A stretch of 36,290 nucleotides of DNA from positions 1 to 36,290 of the IMG/VR virus record IMGVR_UViG_3300017747_000923; one strand, given 5' to 3'. This DNA comes from a virus. Lineage: Duplodnaviria > Caudoviricetes. Numbering within the stretch: position 1 is the stretch's first letter; every line of letters begins with the position of its first letter. The translations under genes were made by a program, and so were the position numbers. The notes beneath the pieces were generated by a model, which did not search any database, was not told where the DNA came from, and saw only the letters and a program-made list of their open reading frames with translations. Of the stretch, positions 36,218-36,290 are shown one piece after another.

Positions 36218-36290
36218 GTACTCCACCCCTCTCCTCGGCCCCGAAGGGCATCAGACAATGAAGAGATCAGACATCACCCAGGCACTAGAC

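Noticed and set aside
36258-36290. ORF start MKRSDITQALD, possibly terminase small subunit
   Set aside because: Only 11 codons are visible, too little to call.

Overview
The window is part of a tailed dsDNA phage genome, probably podovirus-like with a Betaproteobacteria-type host (inference). It has four blocks. (1) 1-19922 (+): virion genes, comprising tail-like proteins, three putative internal/ejection proteins and a 3966-aa polyvalent DarB-like protein (N6-adenine MTase, Strawberry-notch SF2 helicase, HExxH metallopeptidase, LPD38-like C-terminus). (2) 19923-27797 (-): a tightly coupled operon of small genes with a Ref-like HNH nuclease, DUF3310, Rap1a-type immunity protein, RHH protein, SSB, ERF, AT-hook protein and Cas4-like exonuclease. 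(3) 27902-32072 (+): VRR-NUC-like nuclease, ParB-like protein, SF2 helicase and Toprim primase. (4) 32040-36024 (-): GC-rich early genes. I see no integrase, CI-type repressor, DNA polymerase, tRNA or CRISPR array. The most striking unexplained signals are non-coding: a ~55-nt promoter-to-terminator unit with an anti-Shine-Dalgarno seed matching phage ribosome-binding sites; a c4/CI-like antisense RNA upstream of the replication genes; a perfect 18-bp palindrome present inside both the parB-like gene and the giant virion gene; recurring GC hairpins directly before early-gene RBSs; and a sigma54-like promoter with IHF-like site and LexA-like box at the right end. Family assignments come from motif recognition by eye, not from database searches.
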